Part shown: positions 16,851 through 26,835 of the stretch, one piece after another
How positions within the stretch are numbered: position 1 is the first letter of the stretch
Layout: each line of letters begins with the position of its first letter
Assembly (NCBI GenBank): GCA_034723395.1
Contig: JAYEOW010000039.1
Coordinates: forward strand, 1-32,613
Direction of reading: 5' to 3'
Length of the DNA: 32,613 nucleotides
Source: Candidatus Margulisiibacteriota bacterium
GTDB lineage: Bacteria > Margulisbacteria > WOR-1 > O2-12-FULL-45-9
Program-made: the position numbers and the translations under genes
The notes under the pieces: generated by a model
Databases searched by the model: none
What the model saw: only the letters and a program-made list of their open reading frames with translations
What the model was told of the DNA's origin: nothing

Positions 16851-19265
16851 ATGAGAATAGGATCAAGAGTACCGTATGGCCACGCTATTCATTTTAAAAG
16901 ACCTGGCCCCGGTCCGGGTGAGGGGAGGGGAAATATCCCCCTTAAAACAACTTCTGCAAAGCCCCCCGGGGAAGCGGGGATCCCCCAGCTAAAGAATGAT
17001 CTCCTTGAAGAACTACGCTCAAAAAAGAGATACAACAATATTGAGATTGAAGCTCTGGAGCGGGCCTTTAACCTAATGGTCAGCCACTACGGGGAAAAAG
17101 AAGCCGATTGGAAAAAAACAGTTATCAACCTTCTTCACGTCGCAAAAACGCTGGCAGCCTGGGGCACCGACCCCCTGGTTGTTTCCGCCGGACTTCTTCA
17201 TCTCATGCCCGTCGACGAATTGGCCCGGGAAAACATTGACCCTCGGGTAGTTGACCTGATAAAAAGAAAAAGCATTCTTGGATCTTATTTATTTATCCCT
17301 CTTATTGGAAAGATATCGGAGCGTGAAGCAGATTACTTGTTAAAAATGTGCCTGATGCAGGAAGGAAACAGGAACGTCTGGCTTCTTGAGGGCGCGTGTG
17401 AATTCGCATCTTTATCGACCAACTCCCATACCGGCACGACCGCTTCAAGGGCTTATCATATAACTTCGCGTATACTTAGCCTGTTTGACCTGGATTCAAT
17501 ATCGGTCCTGGTTGAAGATATTTCTCTTCTCCGGCTAGATAAAGAAGAATATCAAAAAATCGAGTCCATCATAACCGCCGCAAATAAAAGATCACGTTTA
17601 GATGCTCTATCACGTCTCAGGACCGTTACAGGGTTGGTTAGCGAAGATCTAGCCCTCAAGGGAATTAAACATCGCATCCAAATCGATGTAAAAAGTGTCC
17701 CGCGAACCCTAAAAAAGATACGAAAGGGGAAGAAATTAACTGACGCAAGCCGGTTCAGGGTTATCATTGAAGGCGCGGCAGAGCAATGCGTCAAAACCAT
17801 GGACGTTGTTACCGAAGACCTGACCGCCCTTGGCTATTATGAACTTACAATGGGGAGGAACAATTTTTTGCACGGCGTTACAATAACTCCCGGCAATAAT
17901 TTTGGGCGGAAGAAGAATGGTTATGAATCAATCCATCTTCATTTCAGAGGCGAAAATTACGAACCGGTAAACGTCCAAATTCGGACCGAAGAGATGCATG
18001 CCGAGGCAGAAGCAGGCTCCGCTTCGCATGGCCGATTCAAATTAAACGGATTGCTGGGAGCCCCGTCTATTGATGAGGCCGGCATTATTAGAGAGAAGTT
18101 AATCGCCAGCGGAGAAAAATATGGAATTCACCGGGGGATAACCTATCGATTATTACCCAACGATGCCGGCAAAAAGGTAAAATTGCTGGATTTGGCTTTT
18201 TGCGTAAATCCGGACCTCGGACTGCGCTGCCCCGAACATGTAGACGTGCGAAGGATCGACCCAAAGACCGGAAAACGAGAAAGGTTAATCCTTAAAGTTT
18301 CTTCCCCGGTTGAAAATGGCGACGTCGTTATCATCAAAAAAGGAAATATCTTATCCAGAAATCCAAATCAGGCCTCAACCGCCTCAACCTCCACCGCATT
18401 AAAATTGGCCACTAGGGGCGTTCTTGATAAGCAGAGAATTCAACAGCGGACTTCCGAAGCAGCCCAGGAAGGGGAAATTGCAATCGAAACCGAACTTTCC
18501 CCCTGGTTCAGGACGTTGACCGAATCAATTCATTCAGCTCTCGAAAGAGATGGGAAAGATCCGGGGAAGGCAAAAATTTATATTTCAAGCTCGCTTTCCC
18601 ATGTTGCGCACGCCAGGTTTGGCCTGGAGGATGAAAAAGGGCTTTTTGTTTATGCCGGATTAGCTAAAGATAGAGAGCAGACACTAAAAAAAATTGTTCA
18701 AGGCATAAAAGATGCTTCCGTAGCATCCGCTTACCTGGTGGAAGAACGGCACACCCGTCTCTGGATGATGGTTCGCGATATTCCAGGAGTTGTTTCTGCA
18801 ATTTTTCTGCTTATTAATAAGCAGAACCTCGGCATAGAGACCTTTAATATAAAACAGGTAACAACTAACTATTCACTGGCAAAAATAACAATGCGGTCGC
18901 GTAAAAAAGATTTCGAATCGGAAATGCGGCATATCCTGGCGGGAGCAAAAAACATATATTCTAATATAACCCATAGGACTAAGGGGATAATGCGCAGGAA
19001 GATCGAGGTCCTTTTCTCCTTAAACCGCTGTAATGCTTATGTGGCCCATAAGATTTCCGCAATGATGGCAAAAAACGGCGCAAATATCGTTTCCGCACAA
19101 ATGGACAAAGATGAATCAAGAGCGAAAATGGCCTGCTCTTTCACAATTTCTGTCCCGATAGGTTCACTAGATTCTTATATAAGAAATTTGAACAGAAGAA
19201 TTGAACTATTGAAAAAATCAATAAAGTGGCTGCGTGTTTCTCCCCTTTCCATCGATAAATACTAA
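16851..19265 (+). CDS. Divergent long RelA/SpoT homologue (HD-like, synthetase-like, TGS-like, ACT-like domains), catalytic residues degenerate
   Basis: HVAKTLAAWGTD..VVSAGLLH, KNGYESIH, VQIRTEEMHAEAEAGSASH, LLDLAFCVNPDLG..C, VENGDVV, MVRDIPGVVSAI. Confidence 0.82.
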   Translation: MRIGSRVPYGHAIHFKRPGPGPGEGRGNIPLKTTSAKPPGEAGIPQLKNDLLEELRSKKRYNNIEIEALERAFNLMVSHYGEKEADWKKTVINLLHVAKTLAAWGTDPLVVSAGLLHLMPVDELARENIDPRVVDLIKRKSILGSYLFIPLIGKISEREADYLLKMCLMQEGNRNVWLLEGACEFASLSTNSHTGTTASRAYHITSRILSLFDLDSISVLVEDISLLRLDKEEYQKIESIITAANKRSRLDALSRLRTVTGLVSEDLALKGIKHRIQIDVKSVPRTLKKIRKGKKLTDASRFRVIIEGAAEQCVKTMDVVTEDLTALGYYELTMGRNNFLHGVTITPGNNFGRKKNGYESIHLHFRGENYEPVNVQIRTEEMHAEAEAGSASHGRFKLNGLLGAPSIDEAGIIREKLIASGEKYGIHRGITYRLLPNDAGKKVKLLDLAFCVNPDLGLRCPEHVDVRRIDPKTGKRERLILKVSSPVENGDVVIIKKGNILSRNPNQASTASTSTALKLATRGVLDKQRIQQRTSEAAQEGEIAIETELSPWFRTLTESIHSALERDGKDPGKAKIYISSSLSHVAHARFGLEDEKGLFVYAGLAKDREQTLKKIVQGIKDASVASAYLVEERHTRLWMMVRDIPGVVSAIFLLINKQNLGIETFNIKQVTTNYSLAKITMRSRKKDFESEMRHILAGAKNIYSNITHRTKGIMRRKIEVLFSLNRCNAYVAHKISAMMAKNGANIVSAQMDKDESRAKMACSFTISVPIGSLDSYIRNLNRRIELLKKSIKWLRVSPLSIDKY

Positions 19266-20371
19266 TTCCTCTTCCGCTCTCCCGCCGTCAGCTTAAACAC
19301 CTGTTTCAATAGATCTGAATCCGCATCGGTCATCTTTATCCCCCGCCGCCACATCACCGCGATCGCCGTTTCGACCGCCCTTTGAATATTATGGATATAT
19401 TTGTTCCCCCAGCTGAAAGAAGGAGTCGCCTTGGGCGTCACCCCTCCCCCAAAAACATTTGCGGCAACTCCGATCGTTGCCCCAGTAGTAATTAATGTTC
19501 CGATCCCGGTCTTGGCGTGGTCGCCGATAAAACATCCGACAAATTTTTCCCCGGTATCAACCCTTTTCCCGTTAACCAGCATCTTGACCGGATTATAATT
19601 ATTTTTTAGATCCGAGTTGGTCGTTCCCGCCCCCAAGTTTACCCACTCCCCAACATATGAATGCCCGATAAAACCGTAGTGCTGCTTATTAACCCGCCCG
19701 TGAAAAATCGATTCCCCAACCTCTCCGCCAACCCTACAATCTGGACCAATCGAGAGCGGTCCCTTTAAATAAGTTAAGGGTTTAACAATTGTCCCTTTAC
19801 CGATAAAGATCGGGCCGCCGCGGGCATCGACCACCGAATTTGCTTCGATTGTTACCCCTTCATCGATAAAAACCTGGCCCCGATTATAAAAAACAACCGA
19901 TTTATCGATCTTAATTTTGTTCCGCTTCTTTTTTCTTAAGTAATTCCAATCTTCTTTGACCTGCTCTCCATTTTCTCTTATCAAGTCCCATAGGTTTTTT
20001 GCCACTTTTACTCTTATCTTTTTTATCTTTGCTTTTTTGCGGACCTGGTCAAAGGTTCCGCTGACCGCCCGGATGGCGATGATCTCGTCCCCGGCAACAA
20101 AAACCTGGTCCTGACCTTTTACAGTGATCTCTTTCGCCAGCCTTGCGTCCATCAGGACCCTTCCGTTAATAAACAACCCCTTTTCAAACTTCATAAGCTT
20201 GTTCCCGGGGAGGTAGTAGCGGCAGCTGTGCTCCGCCTTATTCTTTGGATAATGGCGAATAATCTTTTCCGCTAAAGTCGAGATCCCGCAGCGCAGATTA
20301 TAAACCGGCCGGGTCCAGGTTAGCGGAAGAAACTTTTTATATCCCTCGTCTTCGTAAATTATTATATTCAT
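19262..20371 (-). CDS. GlmU-related putative sugar nucleotidyl/acyl transferase with hexapeptide repeats
   Basis: FLPLTWTRPVYNLRCG N-terminus; NKQHYGFIGHSYVGEWVNLGAGTTNSDLKNNY. Confidence 0.85.
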   Translation of the reverse strand: MNIIIYEDEGYKKFLPLTWTRPVYNLRCGISTLAEKIIRHYPKNKAEHSCRYYLPGNKLMKFEKGLFINGRVLMDARLAKEITVKGQDQVFVAGDEIIAIRAVSGTFDQVRKKAKIKKIRVKVAKNLWDLIRENGEQVKEDWNYLRKKKRNKIKIDKSVVFYNRGQVFIDEGVTIEANSVVDARGGPIFIGKGTIVKPLTYLKGPLSIGPDCRVGGEVGESIFHGRVNKQHYGFIGHSYVGEWVNLGAGTTNSDLKNNYNPVKMLVNGKRVDTGEKFVGCFIGDHAKTGIGTLITTGATIGVAANVFGGGVTPKATPSFSWGNKYIHNIQRAVETAIAVMWRRGIKMTDADSDLLKQVFKLTAGERKRN

Positions 20372-21558
20372 TGGATTTTCCTTTTATGCCTCGGATTTTC
20401 GAACGCGTACTTAAAATGAGTATGAGTCTCATATCTCCCCTCCAGAATGGCCACAACATCTTCGATAAAAACCAGTTCTTCATCGGTCGGGATGACATAA
20501 ACCTTTATTTTTGAATCAGGAGCAGAAATTAGGGTCTCTTTTTCTCGAGTTCTGGTTTTCACATTGACCTTCCCGTCTAATTTAATTCCCAATCCATCAA
20601 GCCCCTCACAAACCTTCTCCCTTAGCATCGGATTTAATTCCCCTGCTCCGGCGGTGAAAACAATCGCATCAACTTCCCCCAAGGCCGCTAGATAATTCCC
20701 GATGTATTTTTTCAGCCGGTATGCTTCGATCTCAATTGCCAGCTGACAACGCCTATTGCCCTCTGCGGCTCCTTTCTCAATGTCCCTGCGGTCCATATAT
20801 TTACCGGTAATTCCCAAAAGCCCCGATTTCTTATTTAAAATATAATCGATCTCTTCGGCATAAAATCCCTCTTTCTCAATCATAAAAAGGATAATCGCCG
20901 GATCAATATCTCCCGACCGCGTCCCCATCACCGCGCCCTCAAGTGGAGTTAACCCCATGCTGGTGTCTACCGAAATCCCCTCCTTTACAGCAGTAATACT
21001 TACCCCGTTTCCGATATGCATAGTGATTAAGTTAACCTCCGAAGATTGTTTACCGAGCAAAACAGCAGCGCGCCGGGACACATAAAGATGGGAGGTACCA
21101 TGAAAACCGTAACGCCTTACCCCGTACATCTTATACCACTCATAAGGGACCGGATAAAGGAAAGAGTGTTCGGGCATGGTTTGATGGAAGGCGGTATCAA
21201 AGACGGCAATATGGGGAACATCCGGCAAAACCTCTTTAGCGGCCTCGATCCCTAAAATATTTGGTGGATTATGGAGAGGAGCTAAATCTTGGACACTCTT
21301 GATCGCATCTAGAACTTCATCGTTAATTAGAACCGAACTTTTAAACTTTTCTCCTCCGTGGACAACCCGATGTCCTACGGCCGAGATCTTATAATTCAAC
21401 CCGGAAATGACTTGCTGCAATGCCTGGCGATGATCAGGAGGACCCCCCTCTATCCCAATCCGTTCCACTGCCCCCTTGGCTAAAACTTCTTTATTTTCCC
21501 AGGAATAAAGTTTGTATTTAACCGATGAACTTCCACAATTTAAAGCAAGTATAATCAT
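20368..21558 (-). CDS. ackA: Acetate kinase
   Basis: LNCGSSSVK, GHRVVHGG, APLHNP, FDTAFH, RYGFHGTSH, MGTRSGD, PTDEE. Confidence 0.97.
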   Translation of the reverse strand: MIILALNCGSSSVKYKLYSWENKEVLAKGAVERIGIEGGPPDHRQALQQVISGLNYKISAVGHRVVHGGEKFKSSVLINDEVLDAIKSVQDLAPLHNPPNILGIEAAKEVLPDVPHIAVFDTAFHQTMPEHSFLYPVPYEWYKMYGVRRYGFHGTSHLYVSRRAAVLLGKQSSEVNLITMHIGNGVSITAVKEGISVDTSMGLTPLEGAVMGTRSGDIDPAIILFMIEKEGFYAEEIDYILNKKSGLLGITGKYMDRRDIEKGAAEGNRRCQLAIEIEAYRLKKYIGNYLAALGEVDAIVFTAGAGELNPMLREKVCEGLDGLGIKLDGKVNVKTRTREKETLISAPDSKIKVYVIPTDEELVFIEDVVAILEGRYETHTHFKYAFENPRHKRKIQ

Positions 21559-22430
21559 ATCTCTTCTAAATTAAATCCGGATGATTTAACGATCGCTCCT
21601 TCTTTATCGATGATCAATGCCTCATAGCCAGGCAAAGATCCGATCAATTTAAGCCCACTCCTCGGCCCAAGGACAAAAACTGCCGTAGACAGCGCGTCTG
21701 TCTCTGCCGCATTATGGCCAACTACCGTCACACTTTGGCACATGTCCGCCGCTTTTCCGCTTCTTGGGTCAATAATATGGCCACCACGTTCGTAGTCGCC
21801 CGAGGTCGATAAACTCTGTCCATTAATAAGGGTAATCTTCCCAATTAACTCATTACTCTTACGCGGATGCTGGATCCCGATCTTCCAGCGCTTTTTGCCA
21901 AAGACCGCGATCGTCGAACGCATATCTATCATACCACTTTTTGCCCCACTTTTCAGCAGGAGGCGGCGCACATGGTCCGCCGCATATCCCTTACCGATCG
22001 CCCCAAGATCGATTTTTACCCCTTTCCTCTTCAAAAAGAGCTGTCTCCCCTCGCTGTTTAAGATCAGATCTTTAGAATGGCCCAATGTTATATCGAACGC
22101 GCCGCCGGATAGCCTTGAGATCTCCATCGCAACTTCAACGCAGCGAAAAGTGTCCTCCGAAACCTGGATTGGGGCAAGCCCGGCAAGACTATTTACCAAT
22201 CCAATCTCCCCTTCAGGGATCGAACTCCCAAAGCTCCCCTCCAACCTCCGCACCTCTCCGATCGCATGGGGAGATAATAAAACAGAAAAATATCCATCCA
22301 CCCTTACCTTGATCGGGGTGCCCATTAAGTAGGCGGATTTTGTCGTGTGAAAAAATCTTCCCAGCGGCACGACGACCAGGATCAGCAGAACTATAATAAT
22401 ATCAACCGGCCGTATTCTCATAACATCCAT
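21555..22430 (-). CDS. apbE: FAD:protein FMN transferase
   Basis: LMGT, GAFDIT, IDLGAIGKGY, STSGDYE, HIIDPRSG, DALSTA; true start may be ATG 22421. Confidence 0.92.
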   Translation of the reverse strand: MDVMRIRPVDIIIVLLILVVVPLGRFFHTTKSAYLMGTPIKVRVDGYFSVLLSPHAIGEVRRLEGSFGSSIPEGEIGLVNSLAGLAPIQVSEDTFRCVEVAMEISRLSGGAFDITLGHSKDLILNSEGRQLFLKRKGVKIDLGAIGKGYAADHVRRLLLKSGAKSGMIDMRSTIAVFGKKRWKIGIQHPRKSNELIGKITLINGQSLSTSGDYERGGHIIDPRSGKAADMCQSVTVVGHNAAETDALSTAVFVLGPRSGLKLIGSLPGYEALIIDKEGAIVKSSGFNLEEI

Positions 22431-22454
22431 ATTATGATATAATAATCCTTTAGG

Positions 22455-23396
22455 ATGAACAAGGTTAAAAGTCTCAACCGGAAAGACCTGCTCGGGCTCA
22501 AGGGTCTCTCTGTTGATGAAATAAAATTAATTCTTCGCACTGCCCGCTCGATGAAAGAGGTCGCCTCCCGACCCATCCCCAAAGTTCCCACCCTGCTTGG
22601 AAAGCACATCGTTACTCTTTTTTACGAAGCCAGCACGCGGACCCGGACTTCATTTAATATGGCGGCAAAGATCCTGTCGGCCAACATCACTAATGTCGCT
22701 ATCTCTTCCAGCAGTGTGGTAAAAGGGGAAAACCTGATCGACACCATAAAAAATCTTGAGGTGATGGGGGTAGACGCCCTGGTCATCCGCCATAGCATGG
22801 CGGGAGCCCCGCACCTGGCGGCAAAAAATTCTGCGGCATCGATAATTAACGCCGGCGATGGCTTTGACGAACATCCAACGCAGGCCCTCCTCGATATCTT
22901 TACCATGAAGGAGAAGAAGGAGACGGTTAAAGGGAAAAAGGTTCTGATTGTCGGAGATATAACCCACTCAAGAGTTGCCCGCTCAAATATTTGGGGATTA
23001 ACAAAATTGGGCGCAAAAGTCACCGTTATCGGCCCCCCCACTATGATCCCCAAAGATATCGAAACAATGGGAGCCAAGGTCTCATATAACTTTGACCGGG
23101 AGATTAAGGATGCCGATTTTATCAATATGTTAAGGATCCAAAAAGAGAGGCAAGACACCAGCCTCTTCCCTTCGGTCGAAGAATACCACAAGCTTTACGG
23201 ATTGGATTCGGAACGGATAAAAAAGGCAAAGAAGGACGTAGTCGTTATGCACCCGGGACCAATTAACCGCGGCATCGAGATAACCTCCGAGATCGCAGAT
23301 GGGCCATATAACGTCATCCTCGAGCAGGTTACCAACGGCGTGGCCGTTAGAGCGGCGCTTCTATTTCTTCTCCTGGGCGGCAAGAGCTCAGATTAA
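22455..23396 (+). CDS. pyrB: Aspartate carbamoyltransferase catalytic subunit
   Basis: FYEASTRTRTSF, INAGDG..EHPTQALLD, LRIQKER, HPGPINRG. Confidence 0.98.
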   Translation: MNKVKSLNRKDLLGLKGLSVDEIKLILRTARSMKEVASRPIPKVPTLLGKHIVTLFYEASTRTRTSFNMAAKILSANITNVAISSSSVVKGENLIDTIKNLEVMGVDALVIRHSMAGAPHLAAKNSAASIINAGDGFDEHPTQALLDIFTMKEKKETVKGKKVLIVGDITHSRVARSNIWGLTKLGAKVTVIGPPTMIPKDIETMGAKVSYNFDREIKDADFINMLRIQKERQDTSLFPSVEEYHKLYGLDSERIKKAKKDVVVMHPGPINRGIEITSEIADGPYNVILEQVTNGVAVRAALLFLLLGGKSSD

Positions 23397-23973
23397 AACT
23401 CCTCCGGTGGATCCCGCACGGTCCAAACTTACCCAAAGCTTCGTAATGTCTTTTTGTTCCATATCCTTTATGCTGGTCAAATCTATACTTGGGATATTTA
23501 CGATGATATTTTTGCATGATACGGTCGCGGGTAATTTTGGCTACAATCGATGCCGCGGCAATCGAGAAACAGCGTGCATCCCCCTGCGGGACCGCCTGCT
23601 GGGCAATCGGCAGATCAATTTTATGCCGGGCGCCGTCGATTAAAATAAAATCGGGGACAATTGATAATGCCTCTACCGCCTGCTTCATCGCTAATAGATT
23701 TGCCTGCCAAATATTTATTTTATCAATTATTTTATAGCTTACTTTACCGATGCCGATGGCGAGCGCCTTTGTTTTGATCTCGGCATATAATCTTTCCCTT
23801 ACCTTAGAAGATACCTTTTTCGAATCTGATAATCCGCGAATCTTAACATCTTGGGGAAAAATGACGGCGGAAGCAACTACCGGTCCGGCCAATGGCCCCC
23901 GGCCAACCTCATCCACTCCTGCTACATATTTAATTCCTGGTTTCCAAAGCTTTCTTTCAAACGAAAGGTTCAC
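23347..23973 (-). CDS. rnhB: Ribonuclease HII
   Basis: AGVDEVGRGPLAGPV, DSKK, SIAAASIVAK, HKGYGT, HRRSF. Start placed at GTG 23973 (GTGA overlap with the lepB stop). Confidence 0.96.
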   Translation of the reverse strand: MNLSFERKLWKPGIKYVAGVDEVGRGPLAGPVVASAVIFPQDVKIRGLSDSKKVSSKVRERLYAEIKTKALAIGIGKVSYKIIDKINIWQANLLAMKQAVEALSIVPDFILIDGARHKIDLPIAQQAVPQGDARCFSIAAASIVAKITRDRIMQKYHRKYPKYRFDQHKGYGTKRHYEALGKFGPCGIHRRSFNLSSCRPGEEIEAPL

Positions 23974-24503
23974 GGAAGCATGCCGAATTTGGTCAACGGC
24001 CAAATTCGCAAAAAAGCGGGGCCGATAACATTTTTCTCGGGGAGAAACCCCCAAAAGCGGCTGTCGGCAGAGGCGGGACGGTTATCACCCATAACAAAAT
24101 AATGGTCATCGGGAATTTGGACCGGCCCGAAATCGGCAAAATCCTGGTTCATCGGATGGCTCTCTTTAATCTTCTCCCCATTAATATAAATAATGCCATC
24201 TTTTAGCTCGAGGACCTCTCCCGGAAACCCAACCAACCTTTTGATCAGATCTCTTTTTGGAGAGCCGACAGGCGCCACTTCTCTAAAAACTACAACTTCC
24301 TGGCGGCGCGGGAGCCTAAAATGGTAGGAGACCTTATTGACTACGATCCGGTCTTTAATATTTAATGACGGCTCCATCGAGCTTGATGGTATCCAAAAAA
24401 CCTGGACAAAAAACGCGCGGATAATAAGCGCCAGGATAAAGGCGACAACGATAGTTTCGAGCCAGTCAAAGAGCCAGTGATTTAATTTACTTTTCTTCTC
24501 CAC
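23970..24503 (-). CDS. lepB: Signal peptidase I
   Basis: [10 protein letters not shown] (catalytic Ser), LIKRLVG (catalytic Lys), MGDNR..S.DSRFWG. Confidence 0.97.
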   Translation of the reverse strand: MEKKSKLNHWLFDWLETIVVAFILALIIRAFFVQVFWIPSSSMEPSLNIKDRIVVNKVSYHFRLPRRQEVVVFREVAPVGSPKRDLIKRLVGFPGEVLELKDGIIYINGEKIKESHPMNQDFADFGPVQIPDDHYFVMGDNRPASADSRFWGFLPEKNVIGPAFLRIWPLTKFGMLP

Positions 24504-24852
24504 TAGGTGTTCTTTCTTCCACTCTGGTAGCCTTGCTACCGATCCTCTTTCTTAAATAATAAAGTTTTGCCCGTCTGACTTTACCTCTGCGGATAACATT
24601 GACCTTCTCAAGGCGCGGTGAATGCACAGAGAAGGTCCTTTCAACCCCAACCCCCTGAACAATCCTTCTAACCGTGAAGGTGGCGCGATTCCCGCCCCCC
24701 TGGCGCTTAATGACCAACCCTTCAAAACCGTGGCTCCGCTCTTTCCCCCCTTCAACGATCCGGGTAAAGACCTTTACGACATCTCCCACGTTGAACTTAG
24801 GAAAATCCTTTTTCATTATTGATTTTTCGATATCTAAAATAACAGTACTCAT
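24487..24852 (-). CDS. rplS: 50S ribosomal protein L19
   Basis: [35 protein letters not shown]. Confidence 0.98.
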   Translation of the reverse strand: MSTVILDIEKSIMKKDFPKFNVGDVVKVFTRIVEGGKERSHGFEGLVIKRQGGGNRATFTVRRIVQGVGVERTFSVHSPRLEKVNVIRRGKVRRAKLYYLRKRIGSKATRVEERTPSGEEK

Positions 24853-24867
24853 TGCAATCTCTTCCTC

Positions 24868-25410
24868 CTAGCGGCCTAGCAGCCTATCTAATATTATAGC
24901 AATTGCCGAGCGAACTGGCAAATGGTTGTAGTCACTTACCCCTTTGATCGGCTCAAGCACAGCGTCAGCCTTCTCAAGAACCTCGTCTGTCATCCCCCAA
25001 CCGGTCCCAAAAAGGACCAGGTAAGGGCCCTTTGAAGCTTTGATCTCTTTTCTAAGCTTCTCAAAAGTTACCGCCCCTTTCGGCTTTGCTGAAGTAGCGA
25101 TAACTTTTACATTTTTCGGCAGTTCCGCCAAAACGTCATCCAGATTCTCTTTTACAGACAACAGCTTAAACGCTTCCGCCCGCGTCCAGTTGAATTCCTG
25201 GCTGGCTTCGTCCATCCAGAAATCAACGATCCGATTGGCAAAGGCCATCTGCGCTTTCAGCGGATTGACCACAAAATATTTTTTTACTCCATAAGTTAAT
25301 GCGGTGCGCGCTATATCATGGAGATCGAAACCGGTAATACAGGTGGTTACGATATCCTTCCGCTTGTTATAGATCGGATGATGGACCAAAGCAATATAAA
25401 TGTTGCTCAT
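24868..25410 (-). CDS. TrmD-associated SPOUT-family RNA methyltransferase
   Basis: YIALVHHP, DLHDIAR...TYG, LFGTGWGM, YNHLPVRSAIAIILDRL. Confidence 0.88.
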   Translation of the reverse strand: MSNIYIALVHHPIYNKRKDIVTTCITGFDLHDIARTALTYGVKKYFVVNPLKAQMAFANRIVDFWMDEASQEFNWTRAEAFKLLSVKENLDDVLAELPKNVKVIATSAKPKGAVTFEKLRKEIKASKGPYLVLFGTGWGMTDEVLEKADAVLEPIKGVSDYNHLPVRSAIAIILDRLLGR

Positions 25411-25411
25411 A

Positions 25412-26122
25412 TTAGTCCAAAAAGAATCCCGCTAAACTCTTTTTGTCTTCCTCGGTTAAATTTACTCTGGCCAAAAGTCCAGGATAAAGCCTCAGCGTTT
25501 TTTTTAATGATCTTTCTCTCCGCCAGGAACTAATTTTTTTGTGGTCTCCCGAAAGCAAAACTTCGGGAACCTTCTCACCATTATGCTCATCCGGCTTGGT
25601 ATAGCTTGGATAATCTAAAAGGCCGTTATAAAAAGAATCCCGCCTAACCGACTCATCTTCTTTAATAACCCCCGGAACCTGGCGGGCAACCGCATCAACC
25701 AGGACCATCGCCGGGATTTCTCCCCCGGTCAAAACATAGTCGCCGACCGAGATCTCCTCGTCAACCATCTTCCGGACACGCTCATCTACCCCTTCATAAT
25801 GCCCGCATACAATTGTCAAATGTTCATACCCTGACAGGTCTTCCACTTTTTCGTGGGTCAACCGCCTCCCGGTGGGGCACATCAAAACCACGCGCCCTCC
25901 GGCACTAGAAATCGCCTTTGCCAAAACGTCCGGCTTCATTACCATCCCCGGACCACCGCCATACGGAGTATCATCAACTGTTTTGTGTTTGTCCGAGGCG
26001 TAATCGCGGATATTAACTACTTTTAAACTTAAAAGGCCCTTTTTCTGGGCCTTTTTAAGCAGACTCTCACTCATCGGTCCCTGAAACATCTCAGGGAAGA
26101 GAGTTAGGATATCAATGCGCAT
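25412..26122 (-). CDS. trmD: tRNA (guanine37-N1)-methyltransferase
   Basis: LTLFPEMF, VDDTPYGGGPGM, CGHYEGVDER, SVGDYVLTGGE. Confidence 0.98.
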   Translation of the reverse strand: MRIDILTLFPEMFQGPMSESLLKKAQKKGLLSLKVVNIRDYASDKHKTVDDTPYGGGPGMVMKPDVLAKAISSAGGRVVLMCPTGRRLTHEKVEDLSGYEHLTIVCGHYEGVDERVRKMVDEEISVGDYVLTGGEIPAMVLVDAVARQVPGVIKEDESVRRDSFYNGLLDYPSYTKPDEHNGEKVPEVLLSGDHKKISSWRRERSLKKTLRLYPGLLARVNLTEEDKKSLAGFFLD

Positions 26123-26547
26123 TAGATCTGACGGATTTCTTGGATTACCCCGTCTTTTACTATGATCTCGGTTCCGCCAACTTTTTTATAAAGATTATCA
26201 CCAATCCCAACCATTACCGGCCCTTCCAACGGCCCTTGGACAAACTCTGATCCGATCTGTAATTTCTTCGCTTCTTCAATCTTCATCAAAAGATCGCTCT
26301 TGGCCGCCGCCTGTTTTGCTTTTTCCTCGGTCATCTGGTGCTTAAAGGCAGCTGCTCTCTGGTTTAATCCCTTCTTTTTCAGATTGTCTAAATAGATCTT
26401 GCTTCTTTGGTCTAACTGAGAGGTCTGAGCGTCAATATTTGCGACTGCCCTTTCCAGCTCCTTTTGCAGGTTTTGCTTAAACGCATCGGTAACAATTGCC
26501 TTGACCATTACAACTCTTTTTAACTCGATCAATCTCTTTTCTGCCAT
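26122..26547 (-). CDS. ylqD: YlqD family protein
   Basis: LKRVVMVKAIVT, coiled coil, EIIVKDGVIQEIR; position after the KH gene. Start ATG 26547 with SD AGGAGG. Confidence 0.85.
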   Translation of the reverse strand: MAEKRLIELKRVVMVKAIVTDAFKQNLQKELERAVANIDAQTSQLDQRSKIYLDNLKKKGLNQRAAAFKHQMTEEKAKQAAAKSDLLMKIEEAKKLQIGSEFVQGPLEGPVMVGIGDNLYKKVGGTEIIVKDGVIQEIRQI

Positions 26548-26560
26548 TTTTTCCTCCTGT

Positions 26561-26821
26561 TTATATGCTTTTCTTCTCCGACTTTTCATCGTCGGTTAAT
26601 ATTTCAACGGTAATTTTCTTATGTTGTTTTGCCGCTGCCGCTTTGGCAATTGCACGGATGGAATTTGCGATCCTCCCCTCCCGTCCAATAACCTTTCCAA
26701 CATCTTCCGGCGCAGTACGAATCTCAATGATCGCTACGGATTCCCCAACGGTCTCACTAATACTTATTTGATCAGGTTTATCAACAAGCGCTTTTACTAT
26801 ATATTCTACTAGTTCTTTCAT
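26561..26821 (-). CDS. khpA: KH-domain RNA-binding protein (KhpA/YlqC)
   Basis: MKELVEYIVKALVD.P, DVGKVIGREGR. Confidence 0.93.
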   Translation of the reverse strand: MKELVEYIVKALVDKPDQISISETVGESVAIIEIRTAPEDVGKVIGREGRIANSIRAIAKAAAAKQHKKITVEILTDDEKSEKKSI

Positions 26822-26835
26822 GTCGATTCCTCCTG

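Noticed and set aside
23974..24054. N-terminal extension of rnhB in the ORF track
   Set aside because: Overlaps lepB; GTG at 23973 gives a normal coupled start.
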